A stretch of DNA of 64,000 bases, from the NCBI GenBank assembly GCA_965140415.1, contig OZ223209.1, positions 3,328,001 through 3,392,000 on the forward strand. The letters run 5' to 3'. The notes beneath the pieces were generated by a model that saw nothing but the letters and a program-made list of their open reading frames with translations, searched no databases and was not told the DNA's origin. The position numbers were made by a program, and so were the translations under genes. This document shows, one piece after another, positions 29,779 to 40,988 of this stretch. The DNA comes from Myxococcota bacterium (GTDB lineage Bacteria > Myxococcota_A > SURF-8). Within the stretch, counting starts at the first letter, position 1, and each line of letters starts with the position of its first letter.

Positions 29779-31454
29779 CCGTGCTCCTTCTGAGAATACG
29801 AGTCATTTTGGTTTTCAGAATCATGGTGAAGAGCTTCTCGGGCCTGGTTCAGTTGACTCATGAAATCGCTTTGCCGGAAATACGACTTCCACTTTCTGAC
29901 CAGAAAACTACCCCCGAACCGAATTGCATTATTACGGAAATGTTTGTGGTACCAGAATCGGAAACCCTGAACAATGTATCGAACGCGAAACGTGAAAAGC
30001 GTTGCGACGCGTGGAAAGATAATCGTTGGGAAAAGGATGAGAACTGCGTTGATCAGCCGCAACAGGTATCCTGGCCTATAGAATCCACTCATTAGGGTAA
30101 TGACCGAATGCTGCAATTCCCCGGCATCGATCCCTTCGTCCGGTTCGAAAAGAAGGAATTGCCCATCATAATATTCATAGCCCAGATGGAAGAGTCGTCC
30201 TTCGTTCTTTAATCTATTGGTCAATTCCGTTCCAGGTAACGGAACCGGCAGCAGGATTTGAGCCGTATCCAAGTGTTTGATAAATACTTTAAAACTGTTC
30301 AATCGCTGCCTCAAGGAAATCTCGATCCGGTTTTCCGGTTTCGCGGGATAACCGAAAATCATCATGCCATGAACAAAAAATCCGAACTTGTGATAGGTAT
30401 CGAGCAATTCGATAATGTCTTTTTCGTGATAGCCCTTGCGCATCACCATCAGTTCTTCATCGATGCAGGATTCGATCCCGATCGCCAGATTGTAAATACC
30501 GGCATCTCGCATCGCTGATAACAACTCTTCATGGCGGGCATCGGTAAGTCGGATCTGGACCGTCATCTCGATACGAACATCGGTTTTTTTAAGATATTCA
30601 GCCAGCAATCGGCAAAACCGAATGGATTCTTCCACTCCGGAAGCACAGAAATGATCGCTAACGTCGAAGAATTCACGCGCCTTTCTGGTTTCAACCAGGT
30701 GGGCGATCTGAGCGACCATCCACTCGGGTGAGGCGCAACGCGATTTGTCCTTCACTGCGCAGAATTCACAGTTCATGTTGCAACCACGGGTTCGTCCAAC
30801 TGGATAAATATCGAGCCGGGCATATCGGACAAGGTTGAAATCGGGAAACGGCAAACTGTCCAGATCTTCAATTGGTGCCATATCCTGATTGCGAATATGG
30901 GTTCCATTCTGATTGAAATATATGCCTGGAATATTAAGCGGTTCTTCGTCACGCTCGAACGCCGACAAAATATCTCGTACGATCGTCTCGCTTTCTCCCA
31001 TTGCCACAACATCGAGGAAATTGTCCAGCGCCTCCTTCGGCAAGCTCCTTACGTGATAGCCGCCTACGATTGTCTTTACGCCCTGTTCGTGGTAGTGTTC
31101 GGCTAGCTGATACAGCCTTGGAATCGCCGACGTCATCGAACCGTAAAAACCGACCACATCTGCCGGACGGAGCTTTTGTAGCTCAACATGATCAGGCAAT
31201 CCGGCCTTATCCTTCGGACAAAACGGGCTGCGGCAGTTATTTTCATCAATAACTTCCACATCCCAATTCGGTAACTTGGCAGCGGCCGTTGCTACGCACA
31301 CCGGCCCCAGAGCTGTGGTTGTTTTCGCGATTCTGCTATATATATTGAAAGGCGGGAACGCAGGCAGGACCAAGCGGAACAGGTAACGGCGCTTATCGTT
31401 CTCCGCTGTTTCATTCACGGATGGGATGGAATGAGTTGAATCATGCATGGTCAC
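29775..31454 (-). CDS. B12-binding-domain radical SAM protein
   Basis: TRGCNMNCEFC (CxxxCxxC), GGYH, GE.E, IGIES, PLPGT. Confidence 0.9.
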   Translation of the reverse strand: MTMHDSTHSIPSVNETAENDKRRYLFRLVLPAFPPFNIYSRIAKTTTALGPVCVATAAAKLPNWDVEVIDENNCRSPFCPKDKAGLPDHVELQKLRPADVVGFYGSMTSAIPRLYQLAEHYHEQGVKTIVGGYHVRSLPKEALDNFLDVVAMGESETIVRDILSAFERDEEPLNIPGIYFNQNGTHIRNQDMAPIEDLDSLPFPDFNLVRYARLDIYPVGRTRGCNMNCEFCAVKDKSRCASPEWMVAQIAHLVETRKAREFFDVSDHFCASGVEESIRFCRLLAEYLKKTDVRIEMTVQIRLTDARHEELLSAMRDAGIYNLAIGIESCIDEELMVMRKGYHEKDIIELLDTYHKFGFFVHGMMIFGYPAKPENRIEISLRQRLNSFKVFIKHLDTAQILLPVPLPGTELTNRLKNEGRLFHLGYEYYDGQFLLFEPDEGIDAGELQHSVITLMSGFYRPGYLLRLINAVLILFPTIIFPRVATLFTFRVRYIVQGFRFWYHKHFRNNAIRFGGSFLVRKWKSYFRQSDFMSQLNQAREALHHDSENQNDSYSQKEHG

Positions 31455-31472
31455 CGAAACCCTCCTTTTTGA

Positions 31473-32237
31473 TCAGCTTTCCAGTTTCTTTGGCGAAATT
31501 GCCGTTAACAGGTCAATGGGAAGTGGGAAGATAATCGTTGAGTTTTTTTCCGTGGCGATTTGACTTAGGGTTTGCAAATAGCGTAGTTGGAGAGCCGTCG
31601 AATTCCCCGACATGATATCGGCTGCTTCGCGAAGTCGGGTTGATGCCTGAAATTCACCTTCGGCAGCGATGATTTTCGCACGCCGTTCGCGCTCGGCTTC
31701 CGCTTGTCCCGCCATGGCACGCTGCATTGTTTGCGGTAGATCCAACTGTTTCACTTCCACCAACGTTACACGTACCCCCCACGGATCGGTATGCTTGTCG
31801 ATGATCTCCTGAAGTGTCTGGTTGACCTTCTCGCGTTCTGACAGAAGTTCGTCCAACTGACTCTGGCCGAGCACAGACCGGAGCGTCGTTTGGCTGATCT
31901 GGCTTGTAGCGTAGAGATAGTTCTCCACTTCAATCACCGCTTTGACTGGATCCAGCACCTTGAAGTACACGACGGCGTTCACTTTGATTGATACGTTGTC
32001 GCGCGTAATGACATCCTGCTCTGGGACGTCGGTGGCTACAATTCGGGTGCTGATTCGCACCATTCGGTCAACGATCGGAATGATCCAGCGGAATCCCGGC
32101 TCCAAAGACTTGGTAATGCGCCCAAAGCGAAATACCACACCGCGCTCGTATTGGTTCAAAATGCGGATACCAGAGAACGCAAGGATACCCAAAACGCCGA
32201 TGAATATCACAAAACCAGTAACAAATAGAGAACCCAT
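31473..32237 (-). CDS. SPFH/slipin (stomatin-like) protein
   Basis: [50 protein letters not shown]. Confidence 0.93.
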   Translation of the reverse strand: MGSLFVTGFVIFIGVLGILAFSGIRILNQYERGVVFRFGRITKSLEPGFRWIIPIVDRMVRISTRIVATDVPEQDVITRDNVSIKVNAVVYFKVLDPVKAVIEVENYLYATSQISQTTLRSVLGQSQLDELLSEREKVNQTLQEIIDKHTDPWGVRVTLVEVKQLDLPQTMQRAMAGQAEAERERRAKIIAAEGEFQASTRLREAADIMSGNSTALQLRYLQTLSQIATEKNSTIIFPLPIDLLTAISPKKLES

Positions 32238-32520
32238 TATGAATCTCCTTCGTTTAAATCTACAAGTACACTGTATGCCTTTGGCTTACATATCGTCTAT
32301 ACGGAAGTTTGGAAGATCTAATGCGGAAATATCTAAGTATTGTACCTTCCTTGTTGAGAGTCCGCTTATGCCAAGCGCAGCATTGCAGAGAAGATCAGAT
32401 TGAATCGAATCCACCGGACAGCCCCTGGCATTCTGTCTGCAACAGTATCAAAACACTGAAAAACGCAGAGAGTCTTTGAATGTACATTCTCTGCCGACCT
32501 TCAAAAATTCGGGGGTTGTG

Positions 32521-33705
32521 TTACCAATTTTTCATCCGAACCGTGTCGAATAGCGAAGTTTTCCCGGTTTCCACGCACTCCACCGCATATAGGTACATGG
32601 CCGCAGACCAGGTTTGCCAATCTTGACCGCAGGGAAGGCCGTCTTGGGCCCGGATCCATTCATTGAACCCAAAATCGAGATCGGGATTCCTGGAGCAACG
32701 GACAAGTTCACTCAAAGCAGCCAGCTTCTGCTCAGCTAAGTGTTGTCTTCCAGTTGCTATCAGCGCGGCAATATAGAATCCGCAAACAAATGGCCAGATA
32801 CCTCCGTTGTGATATTCACCTGGATTGTTGAACTTCTTGTACCTGCTTCTCCAATCTGGGTCTGAGGGCTGTATGAATGGGAAAAAGTTTGGAGGAAGAT
32901 CGACCGCCAGATTGCCTTCTTCGCGCAAGGCCTGACAGCTTGACTCAACCCAGTCGATGATAGACTCCGCTTTTTTACGAGAGGCAATGCCGGACAGTAT
33001 CGCCAGGCTGTTGCCGAGGAGATCGAATCGCTCACTATGGTAAAGCTTGTATGACCAGAGTGCGAAATGCGGTCTGTTTTCAAGCACAAGGCCCTCTTGC
33101 ATATGCGACGGAGTAAAACCGTCGATGTGCACCGGCTTGTTCATGTTCGTCTCCTGCTGATCCGCTCTCTCATCGTGTCCGAATAACCTGAGATACGCAC
33201 AAACCAGTGCATTCACATAAAGACCATAACCTAATACCCACTGCTCGTCCCGCCAGTCGCTTGTAGGCTGCTGAGCGACGATTACGGCATTCGTGGGACT
33301 TTGGTATTCCATCCAGCGGATGGCTTTTGAGACGGCTTCTTCGAGAAATTCGGAGTCTCCCGCGGCCTTCCTGTATGCAGCGGTCCCGATTAAAAACAGC
33401 GGCGTTGTATCGCTTGCACCCAGATCCCCAGGATCGTCGGCCAGACCTGAAATAAGACCCAAAGGACTTTGACTGTTGGAAAGGGCGATTAGCGTGCGAC
33501 GCAAAGAGTCAACCAATTCCTCATTACCGCTCGATAAAATCCCAAGCGATGAAATCATCAAGTCGCGGGTGTAGGGTTCCGGGTACCCCCACGCGGCGGT
33601 GCGCGGTAGGCCAGATCGTCCCGAACGCGCGTTATTCAACAGTACGTTCAATGCCACCTGTCTGGCTTTTTCCCCATCTCCATCAATTTTCGATTTTATT
33701 TCCAC
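32521..33705 (-). CDS. (alpha/alpha)6 glycoside hydrolase (GH100/amylo-alpha-1,6-glucosidase-like)
   Basis: YTRD, DW.D, YHNGGIWPF, FNEW, QTWSAA. Confidence 0.8.
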   Translation of the reverse strand: MEIKSKIDGDGEKARQVALNVLLNNARSGRSGLPRTAAWGYPEPYTRDLMISSLGILSSGNEELVDSLRRTLIALSNSQSPLGLISGLADDPGDLGASDTTPLFLIGTAAYRKAAGDSEFLEEAVSKAIRWMEYQSPTNAVIVAQQPTSDWRDEQWVLGYGLYVNALVCAYLRLFGHDERADQQETNMNKPVHIDGFTPSHMQEGLVLENRPHFALWSYKLYHSERFDLLGNSLAILSGIASRKKAESIIDWVESSCQALREEGNLAVDLPPNFFPFIQPSDPDWRSRYKKFNNPGEYHNGGIWPFVCGFYIAALIATGRQHLAEQKLAALSELVRCSRNPDLDFGFNEWIRAQDGLPCGQDWQTWSAAMYLYAVECVETGKTSLFDTVRMKNW

Positions 33706-33715
33706 CTAGCTATTC

Positions 33716-34858
33716 CTAAGAAATACCGAGCTTATTCGAGACGATGTCCACAAACTTACGCGCGACCACTCGGTAGTCGTAATTGGCTTTCACCCGTTCT
33801 CGACCCGTTGCCCCCATTCGTTGTCGCAGTTGTGCATCCTCCATAAGTTTAAGCAAGTGCTCCGCGATACTGTGAACGCTGGCGCGATAGTCGGCCACCC
33901 TTGGATTTGGAAATACAATGCGACGTGCGTTTTCAAATCCCTGATCCTCGCCAACGATTGCTTCCTTAACCCAGACTTCACTGGCCACATCCGCCAAAAA
34001 TGCAGTTTCACCGTGCACAAGCGTGTCAAGCAAGGCCATGGCGCGGATACCAAGCACCGGTTTGCCGCAAGCTCCAGCTTCCACCTGGGGCATGCCGAAG
34101 CCTTCGAGTCTCGACGGTCCGGCATAAATGTCGCAGGCTGCGATAAGGTAAGGCAGGAAATTCCTGGAATTCTTGCTCATGGTGAACACCACGTTTTTTT
34201 CGATTCCCAGATGATGGGCGAGTTGGAGATCCTCCATGTTCTGTTTTTCGGTACGCTCTTGAGGCCAGACCTTGCAGACATATTTCCAGTCTGGGATCTG
34301 GGTATCGATCATGGCTAGTGCCTGCATGACCTCCTGCGCACCCTTTGAGGCTGCATCACCACCAACGGTTAAGATCATTATCTGATCCGGAGCCACTCCC
34401 AGTGTCTCGCGCACGGCTCTGACCTTTGGATCGTCTCTATCGCGGGGAATGAACGAATCGGTGTCGCATCCTACCGGCAACACTTCGAAATTGTCTGTTT
34501 TCACTCCGTCGCGGGCGTAGACTTCCTTAACCCAATTAGAGGTCACCAGCACTAGGGGCAAGCTTTGCAACACTTCCTGAAAATTGCCGACATAGCCGTC
34601 GGCCACGAGCCATGGTATAGGCTGTACCCCATATCGTTGAGGATGCAGCACCAGATGCGGCGTATGCCCCCAATAGCCAATTCCGACCATCACATCAGGT
34701 TTAAACCAACGATAATACCACTCCTTCTCCTGGGCCGACTCAAGGTTTGTCGCGTGAGCATCCACGCCGAGTTCCTTCAATCCTCTGTAAAGGAGATCCC
34801 CTTGCGTAGCCAGTCCGCCGGGAGAAGGTGGATAGTCATACAGTGCGAGGACTTTCAT
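33716..34858 (-). CDS. GT4 glycosyltransferase
   Basis: SKG; PSRLEGFGMPQVEAGACGKP. Confidence 0.9.
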   Translation of the reverse strand: MKVLALYDYPPSPGGLATQGDLLYRGLKELGVDAHATNLESAQEKEWYYRWFKPDVMVGIGYWGHTPHLVLHPQRYGVQPIPWLVADGYVGNFQEVLQSLPLVLVTSNWVKEVYARDGVKTDNFEVLPVGCDTDSFIPRDRDDPKVRAVRETLGVAPDQIMILTVGGDAASKGAQEVMQALAMIDTQIPDWKYVCKVWPQERTEKQNMEDLQLAHHLGIEKNVVFTMSKNSRNFLPYLIAACDIYAGPSRLEGFGMPQVEAGACGKPVLGIRAMALLDTLVHGETAFLADVASEVWVKEAIVGEDQGFENARRIVFPNPRVADYRASVHSIAEHLLKLMEDAQLRQRMGATGRERVKANYDYRVVARKFVDIVSNKLGIS

Positions 34859-34859
34859 T

Positions 34860-35591
34860 TTACGATCCTTTTGTCTCGATCATTTCGCCTGCACCATGAA
34901 CCGTTAGAGAAACATATTGCCGTTGCCAGGCAAGCGCTTCTTCGGATGTGGAAAAGCGCCAGAAGGCTTCTTTTTTCGGAGTGGTCATCGCTTCCCAAGA
35001 GTCACTAGAAAAACCGTATACTTCGAGAATAATGGCCAGTTTCTTACGCCAAATATTTTCGGGGAGTAGAAGATCTAGATGAGCTTCTTCTATCGCTCTG
35101 GGGCAGTGCGCCTTTGCATCGTCCGTATAAGCGAACATCCACAATTCCTTGGCGATCAACTCGCCGGTATGCCATAGATGTAGAGCCGCCTGGCTTACTT
35201 CCTCGTGCCTCAGATGCCGTGTATATTCACCAAAAGGGCTGTGGGTTATGATCACATTAAAATCCCTGTTATCGAGATCGAGTTTTATGGCATTTTGCAG
35301 AACAGAGTCGGGCAGCGGATATTGGTCGGGTCCATCGTCCATATTGCCAATGCTTCCCTGTCCGCCGAGGCGCTTAACCGCACTGAAAAACTTGGGTCGT
35401 CTATCCAGATCATTCCCACGACAGAGCGAGACCACTTTCCATCTCCAATCGGGGTGCATGAGCATGGTGCCGCCGACCCATAAGGTTTCGTCATCCGGGT
35501 GGGCCACGACAACCAGCACCCGAGGTTCCGATCCGAGCGATATGTCGGAAATGTTCCGATTATCCGATTTACTCAACTTATTCCCGTCCAT
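34860..35591 (-). CDS. PIG-L/LmbE-family deacetylase
   Basis: VVAHPDDETL; GEYTRHLRH. Confidence 0.85.
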   Translation of the reverse strand: MDGNKLSKSDNRNISDISLGSEPRVLVVVAHPDDETLWVGGTMLMHPDWRWKVVSLCRGNDLDRRPKFFSAVKRLGGQGSIGNMDDGPDQYPLPDSVLQNAIKLDLDNRDFNVIITHSPFGEYTRHLRHEEVSQAALHLWHTGELIAKELWMFAYTDDAKAHCPRAIEEAHLDLLLPENIWRKKLAIILEVYGFSSDSWEAMTTPKKEAFWRFSTSEEALAWQRQYVSLTVHGAGEMIETKGS

Positions 35592-35668
35592 GTTGAATCT
35601 CACTTCATTTCACGCGACGCTACACCTTGAGTCGTCCTTTAAGAAATACCACCTTTCTCTCCGGTAAC

Positions 35669-36685
35669 TTATTGATCCTCATCGCTTTCCGCTGACTTTC
35701 TGCGATCGAAGAAAGTCTCTTTTGCTTCACAATCGTTCTGATCGAGCCACTTTAGGAGACCACGAATACTACCTGTCGCCAGCGCAATGCTCGTATCTGC
35801 GGCACCGTAGTATAGGTTGATTGTGTCGCCATCGGAGGCGATCGTGTAGCCGCAAGGAAACGCTACGTTATTCACGTCTCCAATGAGTTCGTATGGTGTT
35901 TCCGGTCCAAATATCCACGAATCTCCACGGAGTAGAAGTTCTGTCGGTTTTTCAAGATCAAAGAGTGCAAGCCCAAGGCGATAAAGCGACCCTGAACCCG
36001 TGGTCCGAACTCCGTGATAAATCATCAGCCAGCCTCGTGAGGTCTCGATCAGTGGTGGCGAAAGGCCGATTTTGTTTGCATCCCACCATGCGCCTTTGCG
36101 CGCCATCAGCAGCGGCTTGTGCGTTCCCCAGTTGCTCAAATCGGGTGAATAGGTGATCCAGATATGCGCCGTTGTGTGGTTTGCTGGACGGTGAATCAGT
36201 GCGAATCTTCCATCAATTCGTCTGGGGAGCAGCGCTGCGTCTTTGTCGTCAGGCTGCATAATGACGCCGTAACGCTTGAACTGGTGAAAGTCCTCCGTCA
36301 TGGCAAGAGCCACACAGGGACCGCCTTTGCTGAAAGCTGTATAGGTGATTGCGTATTTCCCAAGTTCATCGATGTAGGTAATACGAGGGTCTTCGATGCC
36401 CCATTTTTCTTCAGGGAAGTTTTGAGGGTCGGGGAAAAGTGTTGGCTTGCTGTCGATAACCCACTCATCGATACCGTTCACCGAGCGCGCAGCACAGAAG
36501 TGGGAATGGCCGCGGCGATCCTCCACCCTGCACAGCAGCAACGTCGTACCATCCTTGAGCAATGTAGCACCAGGATTGAAGACCGTATGGACGGGATAAG
36601 GCCAATCGGCTGCGGTCAGGATCGGATTCGCCTTGTTACGATGAAAGAGTATCTCGTAAGCAGGCGCTTTCTTGCTATCGGTCAT
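35669..36685 (-). CDS. GH130-like glycosidase/phosphorylase
   Basis: NPIL, VFNPGA, GIEDPRIT, DKDAAL.P, YHGV, YYGAAD. Confidence 0.9.
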   Translation of the reverse strand: MTDSKKAPAYEILFHRNKANPILTAADWPYPVHTVFNPGATLLKDGTTLLLCRVEDRRGHSHFCAARSVNGIDEWVIDSKPTLFPDPQNFPEEKWGIEDPRITYIDELGKYAITYTAFSKGGPCVALAMTEDFHQFKRYGVIMQPDDKDAALLPRRIDGRFALIHRPANHTTAHIWITYSPDLSNWGTHKPLLMARKGAWWDANKIGLSPPLIETSRGWLMIYHGVRTTGSGSLYRLGLALFDLEKPTELLLRGDSWIFGPETPYELIGDVNNVAFPCGYTIASDGDTINLYYGAADTSIALATGSIRGLLKWLDQNDCEAKETFFDRRKSAESDEDQ

Positions 36686-39168
36686 AATGTGGCCTTTCCA
36701 ATGCCTGTCTTTTTCGTGTCTTCACGAAAAGATTGAATGGTTGAAACAGAAGTACGCATCTCGACAAGGGCCAAGAGGAAAGATAACGTTGATTCCGCTC
36801 CCTGGTTTTCATTCGGTCGATCCGCGTGAAGTCCGTCACGACAACCACCGGTGTTGGGATCGTAAAGTGATTGTTGCAGTTGGTTTTCCCCAAGGAACCA
36901 GTTGAACGCGCGCCTGGCTTCCAATGCCCAATTCCCATCTCCCGTAATACGCTGAGCTGTAAGGCAGGCCGAGATCATCGCACAGGCCTCGACAGGTTGC
37001 TGGTCGAACTCGGCCTTGTTTCCGCCTTTTTCGTAAAAACCGTTCGATCCAATCGGAGCGAAATATCCATCCACGAAAGGCGACTGTTGAACCTCACAAA
37101 GCCAGGCAAGCGATTGCAGTCCGGCCAACTTCATTTCTTCGTGCTCCATTCGCCATCCGGACACAATGAGGGCTTGTGATAGGCGGGCGTTGCAATACGT
37201 CACCCGTTCCTCAAACCAGGGCCAGTCAGGACTGCTCACACGCTGGTATAGATCGAACAGGCGCTCGGCCAGATGATTACGAAGCTCTTTAGCGTCCCTC
37301 TCACCCTGGAATGCGGACAGATATGCATCGATTCCCAGAAGCGTGTAGGCCCATGCACGTGGGCTATCAAATTCATTGACCTTTTGCAGTGCGTCACGGA
37401 AGAGAGAGTCGGCAAGTGCACGGCGTCCCGGGTCGCCTGAGCGATTGATTACGAAACCGAGCGCCCAAACCGCTCGCCCATGGCTATCCTCTGAGCCGTG
37501 TTTTTCGGCCCATTGTCTAGTATATGACATAAAATTGCGGAACAGTCCGCCTTGTGTATCGAATGCATGCCGCACAAAAGCCAAGTATCGGGATCCAAGC
37601 GGGTTGACCGCTTTGATGTCCTTGATACCTGAGCCTTCAATAAGAGATATTAAAAGCAATGCTCTGGCATTGTCATCCAGACAATATCCGTCTTCGTAAC
37701 GAGGAACGCTGAATGCCGCATGTTGCAGGATTCCCGTGCCATCACTCAAGCGCTCAAGATGTTCCATGTTGATTTCGGGCAAATCAATTGATTTCTCTTG
37801 GAATGTTTGGGGTTTACGAACCAATCGAGGCCGATTGAGGTGCTCATTTCGCGCTCGTTCGAAGCTGCGAACATAGTCGTTCGCCACCTCGGGCCAATGC
37901 ATACCTTTACCGTAGGCCGCTGCACGTGCACAAAGTGCGAGGCGTTTTCCATCGTCATCAAGTAGTCCTATTACAGCGCGTTCGATACCTTGCGGATCGT
38001 CCTTCGGCCACGGTACAAGAATTCCACGACCGCTTGACAGAAGTTCCTTTGCATAAGTGTAAGGTGTTGAAATAGTAGCCTTCCCGTTACCAACCGAGTA
38101 GGCTAGTGTTCCAGACGTGATCTGTTCCGGATTGAGATAGGGTGTAACGTAGATGTCCGCAGCGGAAAGATATTCATTGAGTTCGTCCTGGCTCACAAAG
38201 CTGTTGTGAAAAATAACATTGGAATCCAACCCCGATTCATGCACAAGATTCTCAAGCATGTCGCGATACGTCTCGCCTTGGCTCTCCTTGACATGCGGAT
38301 GCGTAACTCCCAGCACGATGTATACCGCATCCGGGTGGCGCTTCAGAATCGCAGGCATTGCATTGATGACATGCTCGATTCCTTTGCCGGGTGAGACGAA
38401 CCCGAAGGTCAGGATCACCGATTTATGTTCAACTTCAAGCTTTTGCCTGCTTCGCTTGGCATTCGGCAGTGTTGGAATCCCATGAGGAACGACATCGATT
38501 TTTTCATCCGCAACGTTGTGAACCACGCGCAGAATGTCTGCGCCGTCTGTGCTCATGACCACCAGACGTTCTGAAAGCCGCGTAAGCTCATCCATTGCAA
38601 GACGCTGCATGGGGTTTGGATTTTCAAGGATCGTGTGAAGTGTCGTCACGATAGGCATGCGCAAGTCGCGAAGCAATGCTAAAATATGGCTACCGGCCTC
38701 TCCGCCAAAGATCCCATACTCGTGCTGTAAGGACACCAGCTCGACACGGCTGACGTTCAGGAAGTCTGCGGCGCGCCGGTAGGAAGCGGCATCGGTCGCC
38801 CTGATCTCATGCCGAACCTGCTCCGGATAATCATAGCTATGGTCGGCGTCATTCATTGCCAAGACGAAACATTCGAGTGCCGAGAATCTGGTTCTGATCG
38901 CTTCTCGTAAATGGGTCGTGAACGTGGCGATTCCACATTGACGTGGCAAATGATTTCCAATCATAGCGATTTTATTAAGACTGGTTGTGGGTTTGTTTGG
39001 GATCGCCAGTTGCTTGGCAAAATGAAATTGCTTAAGCGAAGTCCTATCGCTATGCTCTACTTCTGCTCTGCTTGTGTTGTTTGAATTGGTCGAGGAGCGT
39101 TCGTTATGAAGCGTTTCAGTTGTTTGTACACTCGAACATTGAGATTCGTTTGAAGGTGTTTCACTCAT
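36682..39168 (-). CDS. GT4 glycosyltransferase with C-terminal helical (six-hairpin-like) domain
   Basis: PRQCGIATFT, LQHEYGIFGG, SGTLAY, GYCLDDNARAL, FDQQP, NQGAES. Confidence 0.88.
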   Translation of the reverse strand: MSETPSNESQCSSVQTTETLHNERSSTNSNNTSRAEVEHSDRTSLKQFHFAKQLAIPNKPTTSLNKIAMIGNHLPRQCGIATFTTHLREAIRTRFSALECFVLAMNDADHSYDYPEQVRHEIRATDAASYRRAADFLNVSRVELVSLQHEYGIFGGEAGSHILALLRDLRMPIVTTLHTILENPNPMQRLAMDELTRLSERLVVMSTDGADILRVVHNVADEKIDVVPHGIPTLPNAKRSRQKLEVEHKSVILTFGFVSPGKGIEHVINAMPAILKRHPDAVYIVLGVTHPHVKESQGETYRDMLENLVHESGLDSNVIFHNSFVSQDELNEYLSAADIYVTPYLNPEQITSGTLAYSVGNGKATISTPYTYAKELLSSGRGILVPWPKDDPQGIERAVIGLLDDDGKRLALCARAAAYGKGMHWPEVANDYVRSFERARNEHLNRPRLVRKPQTFQEKSIDLPEINMEHLERLSDGTGILQHAAFSVPRYEDGYCLDDNARALLLISLIEGSGIKDIKAVNPLGSRYLAFVRHAFDTQGGLFRNFMSYTRQWAEKHGSEDSHGRAVWALGFVINRSGDPGRRALADSLFRDALQKVNEFDSPRAWAYTLLGIDAYLSAFQGERDAKELRNHLAERLFDLYQRVSSPDWPWFEERVTYCNARLSQALIVSGWRMEHEEMKLAGLQSLAWLCEVQQSPFVDGYFAPIGSNGFYEKGGNKAEFDQQPVEACAMISACLTAQRITGDGNWALEARRAFNWFLGENQLQQSLYDPNTGGCRDGLHADRPNENQGAESTLSFLLALVEMRTSVSTIQSFREDTKKTGIGKATL

Positions 39169-39250
39169 CGGAATCCTCCTTTTTCATTCCAGACGAACCA
39201 TTTTTCGAGGTTTGTCCGATTGGTATGATCACACCTTTCCAGCGTTGTAG

Positions 39251-39345
39251 TCACCTTACGGAGGAAAAGATCGGCCAGACAGCCACAACAAGCAACGGGG
39301 GCGATGATAATCGTGGATACGGCAATGATCGCTTTTATCGTTTCT
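39251..39345 (-). pseudogene. Frameshifted copy of the 36-aa membrane peptide gene
   Basis: KAIIAVSTIIIAP / LLVVAVWPIFSSVR* aligns to 27654-27764 with a +1 base in a C5 run. Confidence 0.55.
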
Positions 39346-39761
39346 ACCGATCAAACTAGGCTCGATAGAAAGAGGTGTTCATCTGCCTTGGCCCGATTCT
39401 ACTCGCTCACTATATGACTCTGGCTTGCATGTCGTCTATAAGGTAGTTTGAGCAAAATGCATCGATAAATACGAAGTGTTTGTGCCCAAAACTCCCTCTT
39501 CCATCACACTTCGCTAATTTCGAATGGAACTAGCCGTATTCCGTTATTGTCTGGCCATCCCTTCAGCGCTAGTAATGAATTGGAGGCATGTCTCTTGATC
39601 TGACGAGAATATGGCAACATGAATAGCCTGCAACCGATTTCAAGTGTACCGGCATGTTAATGGGTATCAGCAGCCCTTGAATGGATGGTATTTAGGAGAA
39701 AACCCGTGTTCACTCATCATGAAACTGTGGTGATCATCATCTCAGATAATAAGATTCCAAC

Positions 39762-40901
39762 ATGAACGATGATATTGAAGTCTACAAAAAGAGGCTGGCG
39801 CTTGAAAAAAGTGCCCGTCTTCAAGCGGAAAAGATAGCCGAGGAAAACAGTCGTGAGCTTTATCTGAAGCAGGTCGAATTGGAGAAATCGTTCGCGGCAC
39901 TAGAGAGTACAAAGCTGGAGATCGAAACGCTGCTCAAAGCGTTGAAGGACTTCACAAACACTCTTGATCCATCCACCATTGTTGATCATCTACGCGGGTT
40001 CATTGAGGGAGAAATGTCCGAATTCATCGCGACCATTTCGGTTGTAGCGAGAGAAGAATCGGCGGGAATCAATTATCGTATGAATCCGGAAGGATGCCGC
40101 TCTATCGAGACCGACTGCAAGATTTTCTTCAGGTTAACAAGATTACACGTGGCCGAACTGGCTGGTTCTTCTTGTATCCTGAACGAAGTTGACGACGCAA
40201 TCCTGAAAGAGCTGAAAAGTCCTGCACCAACTCTGCTTGTTCCGTTGATCTCACATGGAATAGCAATCGGTTTTCTGGCAATACACGGCATGCAGGAAAA
40301 CTGCGATGCGACAAACATAAGGTTTTTCCAAGCGTTGGCTAATGAAGTGGCAGTATCTTTGCAAAATGCATTGCTTTACCGGGAAATCGACCGGCTTTCC
40401 AGAATTGACCCTCTGACGGGACTTATGAATCGCCGAAGCTTTACAGTTTCGGCAATCAGGTTTTTGCAACTTGCCATCCGGTATAACAAACCTCTATCGG
40501 CAGCGATGCTGGATATCGATTTCTTTAAAAAGGTCAATGACACTTACGGTCATGCGATGGGTGATGACGTTTTGAAAAGCGTGGCAAAAACCTGCGAAGG
40601 CCTCATTCGCCGATCGGACATTGTCGGGAGGTTTGGTGGAGAAGAATTTTGTTTCCTGTTTCCGGAAACAGCAGTCGAAAGCGCCAGTTTGTTAGCCGAG
40701 AGAATCCGGGTTGCCATATCGAGTCTGACCTTTGAATCCGAAGGGCAAAACTTCCAAGTGACAGCCAGCATCGGATTGGCTGAGTTGCACGGTGAAGCGG
40801 ATTCCCTTGAAACCATGCTTTCTCGAAGTGATGAAGCGCTTTATCAAGCCAAGGAGAGCGGGCGTGATAGGGTTGTGGTGTGGAATGAGAAGACAAAATG
40901 A
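39762..40901 (+). CDS. GAF-GGDEF diguanylate cyclase
   Basis: DPLTGLMNRR, DIDFFKKVNDTYGH, R.SD...RFGGEEF. Confidence 0.92.
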   Translation: MNDDIEVYKKRLALEKSARLQAEKIAEENSRELYLKQVELEKSFAALESTKLEIETLLKALKDFTNTLDPSTIVDHLRGFIEGEMSEFIATISVVAREESAGINYRMNPEGCRSIETDCKIFFRLTRLHVAELAGSSCILNEVDDAILKELKSPAPTLLVPLISHGIAIGFLAIHGMQENCDATNIRFFQALANEVAVSLQNALLYREIDRLSRIDPLTGLMNRRSFTVSAIRFLQLAIRYNKPLSAAMLDIDFFKKVNDTYGHAMGDDVLKSVAKTCEGLIRRSDIVGRFGGEEFCFLFPETAVESASLLAERIRVAISSLTFESEGQNFQVTASIGLAELHGEADSLETMLSRSDEALYQAKESGRDRVVVWNEKTK

Positions 40902-40988
40902 AGAATTCGACTGTCAAGTACTGTTGTACCTCCTTTCCCATAACGAACAGTAAAAAAAAGGAAGAGGCGGTCCTCTTCCAGTTATTTG

